Assembly (NCBI RefSeq): GCF_018350175.1
Contig: NC_058377.1
Span: forward strand, 108,438,001-108,502,000
Length of the DNA: 64,000 nucleotides
Origin: Felis catus
Lineage: Eukaryota
Direction of reading: 5' to 3'
Part shown: positions 1 through 28,746 of the stretch, piece by piece
Layout of the letters: every line of letters begins with the position of its first letter
Position numbering within the stretch: position 1 is the stretch's first letter
Translations under genes and position numbers: made by a program
Notes under the pieces: generated by a model
The model's database searches: none
The model's input: the letters and a program-made list of their open reading frames with translations, nothing else
Told to the model about the DNA's origin: nothing

Positions 1-150
1 CTGAACTTGCCATATGGGCGCTCGCAGCCGCGGAGAGCAGGCCCCGCGGATGTATTTATTGTACAAACCATGCCAGCCCGGCCAGCCCGGCCAGGCACAT
101 CTCACGTGTACATAATCAGAGCCACAATAAATTCTATTTCACACCCCTGT
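1..150 (+). other. SCYL1: 3' UTR end of the upstream convergent gene (SCYL1 by synteny), poly(A) signal AATAAA at 126-131
   Basis: AATAAA at 126-131 and a Pumilio-type TGTACATA at 107-114 are seen directly. Gene identity is inferred only from the known SCYL1-LTBP3 tail-to-tail order; no SCYL1 coding sequence is in the window. Confidence 0.6.
55..60 (-). terminator. LTBP3: Candidate LTBP3 poly(A) signal (AATAAA on minus)
   Basis: TTTATT at 55-60, about 450 nt downstream of the LTBP3 stop; the only canonical hexamer I found in that interval. Confidence 0.55.
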
Positions 151-511
151 GCTGGGCTCAGTGTAGCCCCTCCCAGGAGGCTTGGGTATGGCGCTGCCCT
201 GCGAAGTCCACGCCCACCACAGACGGGAACATCAATTCGCTTGGACAAGCCGAGAGTGCAGAGGCATGATTTGATTTATCAGTTTCCAGGAAACGCCCTC
301 TGGGAGGAAGGACCTCAGTGCCTGAGAGTCCCAAACTCCGCCTGCGAACTGGGCGGCGCCTGTAAGGGCGCCCTCAGAACTCGGGGCGCAGGAAGGGGTC
401 TAAGACCCCCGGAGAGTTCCTGGGTCCGAGCCCCGAGTGGGAACACAGGTGAGAGACTGAGTTCACCCCGAGGGTCAGGCGGGAACCCCTCGCTGATGGC
501 CGAGGGCCTCG

Positions 512-17290
<16,779 letters not shown>

Positions 17291-17811
17291 NNNNNNNNNN
17301 NNNNNNNNNNNNCGGGGCTATGGTCGCGGCGCCCCCCGGGGGGGGAGGTTGAGGGGGGTGGGGTAGCAAGCCGGGAGCCCCGGGAGACGGGGGGAGAGAG
17401 GGCAGCGAGGGAGAGGAACAGAGGAAGCGCGCGGGGAGGGGACGGCAGGCGCGGCCGGGGGCCCGGTGCGAGGCCAAGAGATGGAGGCTGGACCGGGGGG
17501 AGCCCAGAAACTTCCAGAGCCCCGGGAAGGAGCCCAGCCACGAGCCGGGGCCGGGGGCCTGCGAAGGCCCCGAAGTGAGGCGGCCGCGCGGAGGCCGAGC
17601 GGGTTGAGGCGGAGAGGAGGAGCGAGGGGAGAGGAAGGCCGGGCGGCCGGCCCGCTCCGCGCCTCCCCCGGCCGGGCTGGGCTCCCGCGGCCGCCGGGAA
17701 GCAGGGAGCGCGCGGGGCGGACGCAGGGAGAAGTGAGCAGTTGTTTTCCCTGGCTGCGGCGCGGCGGCGGCGGCGAAGGGGGCTGGGACGCTGGCCCCGG
17801 GCCAGGGAGAC

Positions 17812-17844
<33 letters not shown>

Positions 17845-19615
17845 CCAGTTTCTAGCGTCGCCGCTGCCGCCCGGAGGAGCGAGGGCGTGCGGGCGGGCGG
17901 AGGCCGGGGTGGGTGGGGGGCGGTCCCCACCCCAGATGCCCGCCCCGCCGGAACCCGCCGCCGCCGCCGCGCTGGGCGCCTGCCAGAGGGCCCTCACCTG
18001 GGCCGCCGGCCGGGCCGCCGGATTCCTCCGGGCGGGGCGGCGAGGCCGCGTCAGAGCGGGAAACCGAGGCTGGGGGAGGAATTCGGGGGCCCGGCCGGGT
18101 CACGCGGCCGCCGGGGCGGCCAGGTGGGGCTGGAACCCAGGCCTCTCAGCCCTTTCCCAGCCTCCCTTGCGCACGTGGGGGGCTCACCACCCCAGAGTCA
18201 CTTCTCATTAGTGCCGCTCCACTCGCCTCCGAGGAGGGGGCTCCAGGAGAGGGCACCCTTGGGCCAGGGGCTCCGAGAGCCGGAAGAGGGGCCGAAAGAA
18301 CGAAGCTGGAGGCCCGGCTTCCCTGCCAACACCCCCCCCCCCAATGGCTTCCTGGTGCCCACCCTGCCCCCACCCCCTTCGCCTTGTCTGGCCGGGCTGG
18401 CGGGGCTGGCTCTGGGCCTCAGACACTCTGGAATCGCCAAGGTCTGAGCTCAGGGCCTGGCCCCCTTCCCAGGCTAACAGCCGGGAGGAGGGGGGTGCTG
18501 CTTGAGGGCCCAGGGGGCTGGGGAGGGGCACAGCAGGGCCCCAGGGCAGGGGTTGGCAGGGGCTGGGGAGGGGCCTTGGGTTTGGTAAAAAGCTTCAGAG
18601 GAGCCAGGCCTGTCCACTGGTCTGGAAAGGAGAAGCCCTGGAGGCCTGCTGTGTCCTGGGGCCCCAACTGTGCGACAGGGCCCGGCCAGGAGACCCCAGG
18701 ATTCAGTGCCTGACTCACAGAACTCAGCAGGGGGTGGGTGTGACCAGGGTATCCTGAGCAGCTCGCTGCCAAGTCAGAGCAGCACCAAACCCTCTCCTGT
18801 TGGGCCCTGGGGGTGGCAGTCTGACCGGGGGAGGGGGTTCAGGGACTTGCCTTTAGGAACACCTGTCCAAGGAACTCATGGTTTTTTACTGCGAGGGTGG
18901 ATTTATTTGGATAGCTTTGGAGGGACTGAGGGAAACCCTTAAGTGGAGCCCCTGCCTGAAGTGCCCAGTGGGCTCTGACCTGTTCATACAGCCTGGTGTT
19001 GCAGGGACGGGATGAGGCCGTGTCCTCAAGGGATCCCTACTGCTGGAATCCCAAAGTGGATATGAGAGACAGCCCCACCCTCCCTCGGGGCTCAGATCAC
19101 ACACTGAGGCAGGGAATAATAGTGAGCGCTTACCACCTGCCAGGTTCAGGGCTGAGCCGTCCCTAGTCATTTTTTCCTCCTACTCATTTGAACCCGACCC
19201 TCCTCTGTTGAGAACAGGCTGTGGCTCCCCTTGGAACACAGCACAAACAGACCAGGGTTGGGGTCTTAATCTCTCCAAGCCCCAGTTCTCTCACCTGCGA
19301 AATGGGGCTCTGTTCATTCAACCAACCGAGAATCCACCAGGTACCAAGCTCTTGCTAAGGTATAGGACCCATCCCTGCCTCACCTGGAGCCTCTGTAGAG
19401 GAGGAGACTGACAGGCGACAAGTCAATTCACACGTGCCTGTGGCTACAATAGAGGCCTGCCGCTGCTGTGGTGGGACCTGGAGGTCCAGGAAGCCCCTCT
19501 GGCAAAGGGACTTCTAAGCCGAAAGCTGGAAGAGGAACAGGAGTTCATGGGGGTACATGTGAAGCCAGCCAAGCGGGAGGGAAGCCTGCAGGAGGCCTGA
19601 GGGATTGAGGGCGCA

Positions 19616-19771
19616 GGGATGGACAGAGGGCATGCGGGGCTGGGGGATGGGAGGGGGATAGACAGAGGGCATGGGGGGCTGGGGGATGGGAGGGGGATGG
19701 ACAGAGGGCATGGGGGGCTGGGGGATGGGAGGGGGATGGACAGAGGGCATGCGGGGCTGGGGGATGGGAGG
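19616..19771. repeat. 39-bp G-rich minisatellite, 4 copies
   Basis: Unit GGGATGGACAGAGGGCATG(C/G)GGGGCTGGGGGATGGGAGG repeated four times, nearly perfectly. Confidence 0.92.
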
Positions 19772-21234
19772 GGAGAGAGATTCAGTTCTTCTAGGAACTC
19801 AAAGAAGGCAAGCAAAACAACAGGGTGCAACGTGGGAGAGGATATGGATGTGGGAGGCCACCCAGAGGAATTTGGTTTTTTTCATTTCAGTGGGACTGTA
19901 TCAGGGCAAGAGGGGGTGTTGCTGCCATCACCTCAGAAGAGATGCTACATCCTGGGCACAGTGGAGATGTATTTGGGAGGTGGAATCTAGACACTGGGTG
20001 AGTGGCCGGTACCCGACAGGCAGGTGGCGCGAATGGCTCAGGGAGCCTGGCCTGAGCCCGAGGGTGGGTGAGGAAGGTGGCGGAGAGGGAGATGCTGGGA
20101 AGATTCTGGGGTTCTGTTTGGGCCCTTGCTTGAGTTTGAGATGCTTGTGTCATCCAGATAGAGACATCTCAACCCGGCGGTCTAGAGCTCAGACAGAACG
20201 TCTGGCCCGAAGACACAGACTTGGGGTCCGCAGCATACAGGGGCATCGATGGCCATGGGAAAGGATGGGCTCAGCCTGGGAGAGAAGAGGGCCCTGGGTC
20301 AACCAGGGAGGTCCCCACTCCCAGGTCAGGGAGAGGAGGCAGAGTCGGAAGTGACTCACAAAGAGCAGCAGGAGGGAGCACGGAGGAAAGATTGAGAGCA
20401 GTGTTTGGGAGGAGTGTGTGGCCAGCAGTGTCCCCTGCTGCCGAAAGCAGGAGGGGGTGGTGACCGCCCTTCTTCAGGGGCTGCTGAGGGGACTCAGTGA
20501 CTTAAGGCAGCGAAAGCAAGCACTCTATCCAGTACCGGGCACATTCTGAGTGCTTAGTAAATGTTATCTGTCATCATCACCAAACTCCTTAAGCTCAGTG
20601 GGGAGCCAGCAGGGAACAGAGGACACCTGCATGTGGGTGATTGAGGGGGCTGGATGGGAGGGACCGCTTACAGAGGGCAAGGAGACCACCAGGGGCAACA
20701 GAGGGAAGCCCTGGCCGCTGAAGGGACTTGGGGGTGGGGGGGGGACCCACTACCCCACTAACCTAAGCCTGGAGCCACAAGAGCTGGGGCTGGGGCCTGC
20801 AGCAGAGACCCTGGGCACCAGAGAGGGGGCTGGGCTGAGGCCATATTATTCTAGTCTCCTCTTGTCCTGCTGGGCCTCCCAGGGGCTGAGCCCCCAAAGC
20901 AGCCTGTGGGCAGGGGCCCCTGGGAGGTTTCAGCACATGAGGTTGGTCATGGAGCAAGGAGGACAAAGAGGCAGAGTGGACCAGCAGGGTAGACTTTGAC
21001 AGTCCAGCTCTTGGGGCCTGCCCCTGTCTAGCCTCATCTCCTGCGTCGCTATTCCCAGCACCCCATCTCCCTAGAATCCACCAGCATGCTTCCCTGCCTC
21101 CTGGATAGAGTTCTCCTGTAAGTCCAAGGAGACCATGATCTTTTCGGTCATTCCAGATCGTTTCTGCTGCCCAGCGGGTCTCCCCACTGCCACTTCTGCC
21201 CTCGTCCCTCTTCTACCTGGTTCCAGAGCTGCCT

Positions 21235-21570
21235 TTTTTGTCGTTGTTGTAAGTTTGTTTATCTCGAGAGAGAGAGAGAGAGAGAGAGTGCGAGCCGAGT
21301 AGGGACAGAGAGAAAGGGCAGAGAGAGAATCCCAAGCAGGCTCCGCACCATCAGTGCAGAGCCCTACACGGGGCTCGAACCCGCAAACTGTGAGATCATG
21401 ACCCCAGCTGAAATCAAGAGTCCGATGCCCTGCGTTGGGCTCTGTGCTCTCAGCACGGAGCGTGCTTGTGATTCTCTCTCCCTCCTGCTCACATGTGCGT
21501 GTGTGCTTTCTCTCTCTCTCTCTCTCTCTCTCAAAATAAATAAATAAATAAACTTAAAAAAAAAAAAAAA
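21235..21570. mobile_element. Two 5'-truncated CanSINEs fused head-to-head (minus ~21235-21427, plus ~21428-21570)
   Basis: A minus-strand SINE body switches without a spacer to a plus-strand body ending in (CT)n-AAAATAAA-poly(A). Confidence 0.8.
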
Positions 21571-21848
21571 CAACCAACAAACCTGATTCCAACCATGCTA
21601 CTCCCCTGCTTAAAAAGCCTCCAGTGGCTTCCCTTTGCTTGCTGGCCCCCAAGGTCCTCTGTGCCTCAGAGGTGCTGAGTTCTTGAGTCTGCAGGGAATG
21701 AGGGTGGGGTCAATCCTTTTTGTCTAGGGTTCTTGCCTCTAGGAAGCATTTCTTTACATCTTTCTCTAAAACAGCCACCTCTGGCCCTCTGGGTCCCATC
21801 ACCTATTTGTTTCCTGCTGGTATTCATCACAGCCTGAAACATTCTTCT

Positions 21849-21925
21849 CCTCCTCCTCCTCCTCCTCCTCCTCCTCCTCCTCCTCCTCTTCCTCCTCCCT
21901 CTCCTCCTCCTCCTCCTCTTCCTCC
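21849..21925. repeat. (CCT)n trinucleotide repeat at a SINE tail
   Basis: Direct read. Confidence 0.9.
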
Positions 21926-21935
21926 TTCTTCTTCT

Positions 21936-22130
21936 TTTCATGTTTATTTATTTTTGACAGAGAGAGAGAGAGAGAATGCGAGTGGGGGAGGGACAGAGAG
22001 AGAGGGAGACATAGAATCTGAAGCAAGCTCCAGGTTCATCAGCACGGAGCCCGACGTGGTGATGCCCGACCGTGAGATCATGACCTGAGCCGAAGTCGGA
22101 CGCTTAACCGACTGAGCCATCAAGGCGCCC
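21936..22130 (-). mobile_element. CanSINE (Feliformia type)
   Basis: GTGAGATCATGACCTGAGCCGAAGTCGGACGCTTAACCGACTGAGCCA...GGCGCCCC. Confidence 0.9.
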
Positions 22131-24384
22131 CTATAGCTGTGTTTACTTCTTTATTTTCTGTGTCCCAGCCATCCCAGGAAGGCACACCTTTGTCTCCAGA
22201 TCCTAGCACAGGGCCTGGCACACAGAAGGTGCTGAAGTTTGTTGACTGGCTAGGTGGAGTGAGCCACAAGAACACCCATCATTTACCACCCACTTTATAC
22301 CTTTACATTATTACATCCTCCTAGTGACCCCGGGAAGGGGGTACTGAGGCTTTGAAAGATGAAACAGTTAGACTCAGGTCATCAGGTGAGTCAAGTGTGG
22401 GAATGGAACTCAAGGCTGCCTGATCGGAAACCTACACAAGTACTCTTGGGAGGGAGGAGTGAGAAGGGTCCCACAAATGTCCTAAAGATAGGTGGGTGGG
22501 GCCCTGAGGACAATGACGAGTTCCACTGGGATGGGACAAACATGAGGCAGGGGACCCAGGCCCAGGAAATGTTCAGACCTGCTTAAATTTAGGGGCGGCT
22601 CTGTGTGGAGGGAGTTCTTGAGGCCCAGAGAAGGCAAGGGACTTGGCCAAGTTTACACCGCCGGTCAACAGCAGAGCCAGGACTCAAACCCAGGGCTCCC
22701 AATGCCTCACTGGGGGAATTGGCGGGACAGGAGAGAGGCAGCCTGCGTAAGGAAGTTATATTTCAGGAGGCAGCGGAGCACAGCGGTGGTTTTCTGGCCT
22801 TAGATTTTCCTGGCTGCCTCCTGTACCAACTATGGGAATTGGGAAAACTCTTCAACTTCTCTATGTCTCAATTGCCTCACTGTTAAACAGGGATGCAAAT
22901 GAGCTGGCATTTAGGAGCCCCTTAGTGGGTGCTGGCCACGTGGTAAGTACTCAGTATATGTTAACTCCTGTCATTGTGACCTGGGTCTGGGAACCATGAT
23001 GGGCTGCTTGTGGGGAGGTGGGGTACAACCACTAGAAGAGGGGCTCTGTGCCACCTTCAGAGTTCTGAATGTCTTTAGGAAGCTTCTAGGCTCTGAAGAC
23101 ATGACTCTGGGGGGTAGGGGAGTGGGGGGCTACGCATCAGTCCTGAAGGTGAGGGTGGAAAGTTTCAGAGGCCTGGAGAGGACGATTCTGCCCTGAAGCA
23201 TCTCTCTCCCAAGACACTTTGGCGAGAGTGGCTTTCACTGAGTCCCTCCCATGTGCCACATACTGTGACAAAGGGATGGGATTGGAAAATGAAATGACGC
23301 TTTCTTCATGCTTGATCAATCAGACAGCATCTTCGGCCCTGCCACCCCTCTCCACCTTCCAAACACAGGAAAAGCCCACTGAGAATCAGGCTCTAGAGGT
23401 ACACTGCCTGGATGGAGTCCCAGCCCTGTCACATCCGAGCAGAGTGCTCATGGAGAAATCTCTTAACCTGTCCAGGCCTCAGTTTCCTCATCTGTAAATT
23501 AGAGATGATGATAAGACCTAATTCACGCGTCGTCCCGAGCATTAAGCGAGATAGGTCGTGAAAAGCCGTTAGCACAGTGCCCACCCCAAAGAAAACATAC
23601 ACCGCAAGTTGAGTAGTAGTATTTTTGTCACTGTATCATCAAGCCCTTTCCTGTTCCACAGAAATGTCAGGTCAATTAACATTACAGTTAAAAACAAGAA
23701 GAAAAGCTGATACCTTTCGGGTGCCTGTTAGTGTGAAGATACAATAACATAAATTATATTTTTCAGAATCACAGCTGTGCATCATAGACCACACTTGGTA
23801 CCATGTGAACCTGACCTCCAAATGAGGCAGTCAAGGGTGGCTGCTATTGAGTTGTGCGAGCATATCTGCCACCATGGTGTTTGCTGCCACTGAGGAATGG
23901 GCCTAACTACTGCCATGTCAGCAGTGCCACAGGTAGGGACAGATGTTGGGCTGGCTTACATGAGGGTGTGATAGATTCATTGGTGAGGGAATAGTCTGAA
24001 AGAGTCCAAGCCCACTGCTTCCCAGACAACTGGTCTGCTTTCCATGACTACTATGAATAAGTTTTACCACCAGCTTTTCTAGGATCTTCTTTGTACCCCT
24101 GTCAAAGACTGGCAAGGGGCTGAGACTGCCCCCTACTTGCAGAGTAAGAAGTGAGCCCACCATTTTCTTGTGCATGCCAGCAGAAGACATGAGATTCTTG
24201 GGCCAGAGACAAAGGACTTCATTACTCAGGGCACAGTAAACAGTGTGATCATGAGCCTATTGACATTAGTCCCCTTGTCCCTAAGTCCCATGGAGGTGGC
24301 ATCAATGGGCCAGATAGATGTCTGCGCACAGTGGGTTGCACTAGGGAGAGGACTCTAAATTTAGAGAAACCAAATCTTTTCTTG

Positions 24385-24595
24385 TTTTTAATATATTTTT
24401 TTTGTCAAGTTAGCTAATTTACAGCACATACAGTGTACTCTTGGCTTCGGGAGTAGATTCCTGTGATCGATCACTTACATACAACACCCAGTGCTCATCC
24501 CGACAAGTGCCCCCCTCAATGCCCATCACCCATTTTCCCTGCCCCCACCCCCATCATCCCTCAGTTTGTTCTCTGTACCTAAGAGTCTCTCTTTT

Positions 24596-24630
<35 letters not shown>

Positions 24631-26093
24631 CATCCAAGTTAGTTAGCATATGGTGCAACAATGATTTCAGGAGTAGATTCCTTAGTGCCCCTGACCCATT
24701 TAGCCCATCCCCCCTCCCACAACCCCTCCAGCAACCTCTATCTGTTCTCTATATTTAAGAGTCTCTTATGGTTCGTCCCCCTCCCTGCTTTTATAGTATT
24801 TTTGCTTCCTTTCCCTTATGTTCATCTGCTTTGTATTTTAAATTCCTCATATGAGTGAAGTCATATGATATTTGTCTTTCTCTGACTGACTGATTTTTCC
24901 TAGCATAATACCCTCTAGTNNNNNNNNNNNNNNNNNNNNNNNNNNNNNNNNNNNNNNNNNNNNNNNNNNNNNNNNNNNNNNNNNNNNNNNNNNNNNNNNN
25001 NNNNNNNNNNNNNNNNNNNNNNNNNNNNNNNNNNNNNNNNNNNNNNNNNNNNNNNNNNNNNNNNNNNNNNNNNNNNNNNNNNNNNNNAGCACTGCTATAA
25101 ACATTGGGGTGCATGTGCCCCTTTGAAACAGCACACCTATATCCCTTGGATAAATACCTAGTGGTGTAATTGCTGGGTCGTAGAGTAGTTCTAGTTTTAA
25201 TTTTTTGAGGAACCTCCATAACTTTTTTCCAGAGTGGCTGCACCAGCTTGTATTCCCACCAACAATGCAAAAGAGATCCTCTTTCTCCGCATCCTCGCCA
25301 ACATCTGTTGTTGGCTGAGTTGTTAATGTTAGCCATTCTGATAGGTGCGAGGTGGTATCTCATTGTGGTTTTGATTTGTCTTTCCCTGATGAGTGATACT
25401 GATCATTTTTCATGTGTCAGTTGGCCATCTGGAGGTCTTCTTTAGAGAAGTGTCTATTCATGTCTTTTGCCCATTTCTTCACTGGATTCTTTGTTTTTTG
25501 GGTGTTGAGTTTGATAAGTTCTTTGTAGATTCTGGATACTAACCCTTTATCTGATATGTCATTTGCAAATACCTTCTCCCATTCCGTCGGTTGCCTTTTA
25601 GTTTTGCTGATTGTTTCCTTCTCTGGCAGAAGCTTTTTTTGTTTTGATGAGGTCCCCATAGTTCATTTTTTGCTTTTGTTTCCCTTGCCTCCAGAGACGT
25701 GTTGAGTAAGAAGTTGCTGCAGCTGAGGTCAAAGAGGTTTTTGCCTGCTTTCTCCTCGAGGATTTTGATGGCTTCCTGTCTTACATTTAGGTCTTTCATC
25801 CATTTTAGGTTTATTTTTGTGTCTGGTGTAAGAAAGTGGTCCAGATTCATTCTTCTGCATGTCGCTGTCCAGTTTTCCCAGCACCACTTGCTGAAGAGAC
25901 TGTCTTTATTCTATTGAATATTCTTTCCTGCTTTATCAAAGATTAGTTGGTGTACTTAAGAGTCTCTTATAGTTTGCCTCCCTCTCTGTTTGTAACTTTT
26001 TTTCCCTTCCCTTCCCCCATGGTCTTCTGTTAAGTTTCTCAAATTCCACATATGAGTGAAAACATATGGTATCTTTCTCTGACTGACTTACCT
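24385..26093 (-). mobile_element. Nested carnivore L1 3' fragments; inner copy ~24591-25950 carries a frameshifted ORF2 C-terminus
   Basis: ORF-track peptides [44 protein letters not shown] and [22 protein letters not shown] are L1 ORF2 C-terminal. TSD TGTAC(C/T)TAAGAGTCTCT at 24574-24590 and 25951-25967. Confidence 0.9.
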
Positions 26094-26280
26094 NNNNNNN
26101 NNNNNNNNNNNNNNNNNNNNNNNNNNNNNNNNNNNNNNNNNNNNNNNNNNNNNNNNNNNNNNNNNNNNNNNNNNNNNNNNNNNNNNNNNNNNNNNNNNNN
26201 NNNNNNNNNNNNNNNNNNNNNNNNNNNNNNNNNNNNNNNNNNNNNNNNNNNNNNNNNNNNNNNNNNNNNNNNNNNNNNNN

Positions 26281-26470
26281 ACTGAGAGACAGACAGACAC
26301 AGAGCATGAGCAGGGGAGGGGTAGAGAGAGGGGAGACACAGAATCCGAAGTAGGCTCCAGGCTCTGAGCTGTCAGCACAGAGCCCAATGCGGGGCTCAAA
26401 CTCATGAACTGTGAGATCATAACCTGAGCCGAAGTTGGTCGCCCAACCAACTGAGCCACCCAGGCGCCCC
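26281..26470 (-). mobile_element. CanSINE (tail in gap)
   Basis: Feliform SINE body ending CCAGGCGCCCC on plus. Confidence 0.9.
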
Positions 26471-26907
26471 TGAACCCACATCTTTTCTAATGGCCAGCAA
26501 GCATGTCTGCCCTTTGCTCTGGAGGAGACATTGTTTCCATCTTCTCTTCCATGGCTGCTCACTGTACCAACATCCTTGAGAGGAGTCCAGGACAAGGGAG
26601 ATAGTCCCTCTCTTGCAAAATGTGCAGAAACTTAAGAGACTCCCGGAGAACTATTTTGCAATAATAACCAATCCTCATTTCTGAACTTTGATTTTGGCAG
26701 ATTTTCCCATGAGGGTACCACATCATCAGTAAATCTGATCAACAGAGTCTGGGACCAAATCTGTTCAATTTGTCACACACAGCATTACATAAGGCTTCTC
26801 TCAACAGGAATTGAAGCGGCAGAATTGACCTCAACCTCAACCATGCCCCTCAGGCTCCTAGTTCAACAGATTCATTAAGCATCAGATCTCCCTTAAAGAG
26901 CGAGGTT

Positions 26908-27255
26908 GCAGGGTGACCAGTTAAGCACCCAACTCTTGATCTCAGTTCAGGTCTTTTTTTTTTTTTTAATGTTTATTTATTTTTGAAAGAGAGAGACAGA
27001 GCGTGAGTGGGGAGGGGCAGAGAGAGAGGGAGACACAGAATCAGAAGCAGGCTCCAGGCTCCGAGCCATCAGCACAGAGCCCGATGTGGGGCTCGAACTC
27101 ATGAACCGTGAGATCATGATCTGAGCTGAAGTTGGATGCTTAACTGAATGAGCTACCCAAGCGTCCCCCAGTTCAGGTCTTGATCTCAGGGTCTTGAGTT
27201 CAAGCCCCACATTGGACTCCGTGCTGGGTGTGAAACCTACTTAAAAAAAAAAAAA
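26908..27255. mobile_element. CanSINE (minus, 26956-27168) nested inside an older short CanSINE (plus)
   Basis: 13-bp TSD CAGTTCAGGTCTT at 26943-26955 and 27169-27181; the host SINE resumes and ends in poly(A). Confidence 0.85.
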
Positions 27256-27292
27256 GGCGGGGTGGGGGTGGTTGCTTGCTTCTAGGTATCAA

Positions 27293-27436
27293 CCTTTCCA
27301 CTTGACCAGAAGTGTTAACCTAGGTAGGTATAGCAGAATATATCACAATTGCACGGACTCTGCCCCGGCTGGCAAGGAAGAAGTCCAGGGAAATTCTATC
27401 TCCATAGCAACACGAGGTAGTGAATTAAAACTCTCC
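27293..27436 (-). pseudogene. Retroviral env TM remnant (immunosuppressive-domain region)
   Basis: With frameshifts reads ESFNSLPRVAM/DRISLDFFLASRGRVRAIV/CYTY/NTSGQVER, matching the gamma-type TM pattern SLxxVVxxNRxALDxLLAxxGGVCA...CCxYxNxSG. Confidence 0.7.
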
Positions 27437-27495
27437 TAAAAGATTTCTAGGCCGAGGTGGTGCCACTGATCACTTCAACTAAAGTCGGATAAATT

Positions 27496-27713
27496 AAAAA
27501 AAACATTTTTTTCAACGTTTTTATTTTTGAGAAAGTGAGAGACAGAGCATGAGCGGGGGAGGAGAGAGAAAGAGGGAGACACAGAATCCGAAGCCGGCTC
27601 CAGGCCCTGAGCCGTCAGCACAGAGCCCAACGCGGGGCTCGAACTCACGGACCGCGAGATCATGCCCTGAGCCGAAGTCGGATGCTTAACCGATTGAGCC
27701 ACCCAGGCGCCCC
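27496..27713 (-). mobile_element. CanSINE with 15-bp TSD
   Basis: TSD AAAGTCGGATAAATT at 27481-27495 and 27716-27730. Confidence 0.92.
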
Positions 27714-28542
27714 AGAAAGTCGGATAAATTTGAAGTCATCCTGTTTTCAAGAAAGAGGCAAGTTAACATTTAACTTCCACACAAGTCGAGCAGTCTCAAG
27801 GATGCACATGGTGCTTCTGGGAAGAAACCTACCCCCCCCCCCACCGCCAAGTGGGACCTGCATCAGTTGGGGGCACAACTGACAGCGCCTCCAATGTGGC
27901 TTCTCCACGCGCTAGTCGCCTTAGAGTGCCCAGTCCAAGTCAAATAATGGAGTCTAGTCTTTGTTTTCGGAGGGACTGATTGAGGGCCCAACCTCTCTGG
28001 GTTGTCCTTGCCACCAGCCAGATGGCATTCATCTACCCCAGGGAATGTCTGAGTGATGACGGCTACAGGCTTGGGGATGAGGAAGACACCTGGAGGTGCT
28101 GGTGTTGGCAGGTGTTTTATGTGGGAAGCAGAGGAGCCAGCCGAGGCCACCCTCTGCTGCTCCCGGCCTCTCAGCTTAAGCGGAATGACAATCAAAGCAA
28201 GGTCAGAGCTGTCGAGTGGACGATAACAGACCCAGCGGGCAGTTAAGTTTAAGGCACTCGTGACAGTTTGCGTGCATGGGACCAGGATGTTTTCCTTAGT
28301 AAGGGAGGCTCCAGGTGCTTTGGAAAGACAAAGATCACTAATGTCTCTCTCTCTCCCTCATGGCTCCTGTGTCTGAAGTGCTCCCTCCGAGCTGCCCAGG
28401 CAGTTGTTTCACTTCCATTGTTACAAGATCAATCTGTTCTGTTCCAGTAGCCAGAACGTCACCTTTTTCCAAGCATTCCCTACTGACATCTTTCATCTGG
28501 GAGGGTCTGGTGCAAGAAGGACAATGGCATTTAAAAAAAAAA

Positions 28543-28746
28543 ATTTTTTTTTAATGCTTTTATTTTTGAGAAGTGAGAGAGCATGAGCTGGGGAGGAGAG
28601 AGAGAGGGAGGCACAGAATCTGAAGCAGGCTCCAACCTCTGAGCTGTCAGCACAGAGTCCGATGTGGGGCTCGAACTCACAGACCATGAGATCATGACCT
28701 GAGCCGAAGTCGGATGCTTAACTGACTGAGCCACCCAGGTGCCCCT
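28543..28746 (-). mobile_element. CanSINE
   Basis: Full feliform SINE body with T-rich tail on plus; a further short SINE lies at ~28996-29099. Confidence 0.9.

Noticed and set aside
19444-20354. Repetitive Pro-rich or Gly-rich ORFs; CRISPR-like periodicity
   Set aside because: Translation of the 39-bp minisatellite; there are no unique spacers and the genome is mammalian.
21666-22088. Poly-Arg, poly-Glu and poly-Pro ORFs (protamine-like)
   Set aside because: Translation of a (CCT)n microsatellite plus a SINE.
24791-25850. L1 ORF2-like ORFs as an active retrotransposon
   Set aside because: 5'-truncated and frameshifted; no ORF1, endonuclease or RT core.
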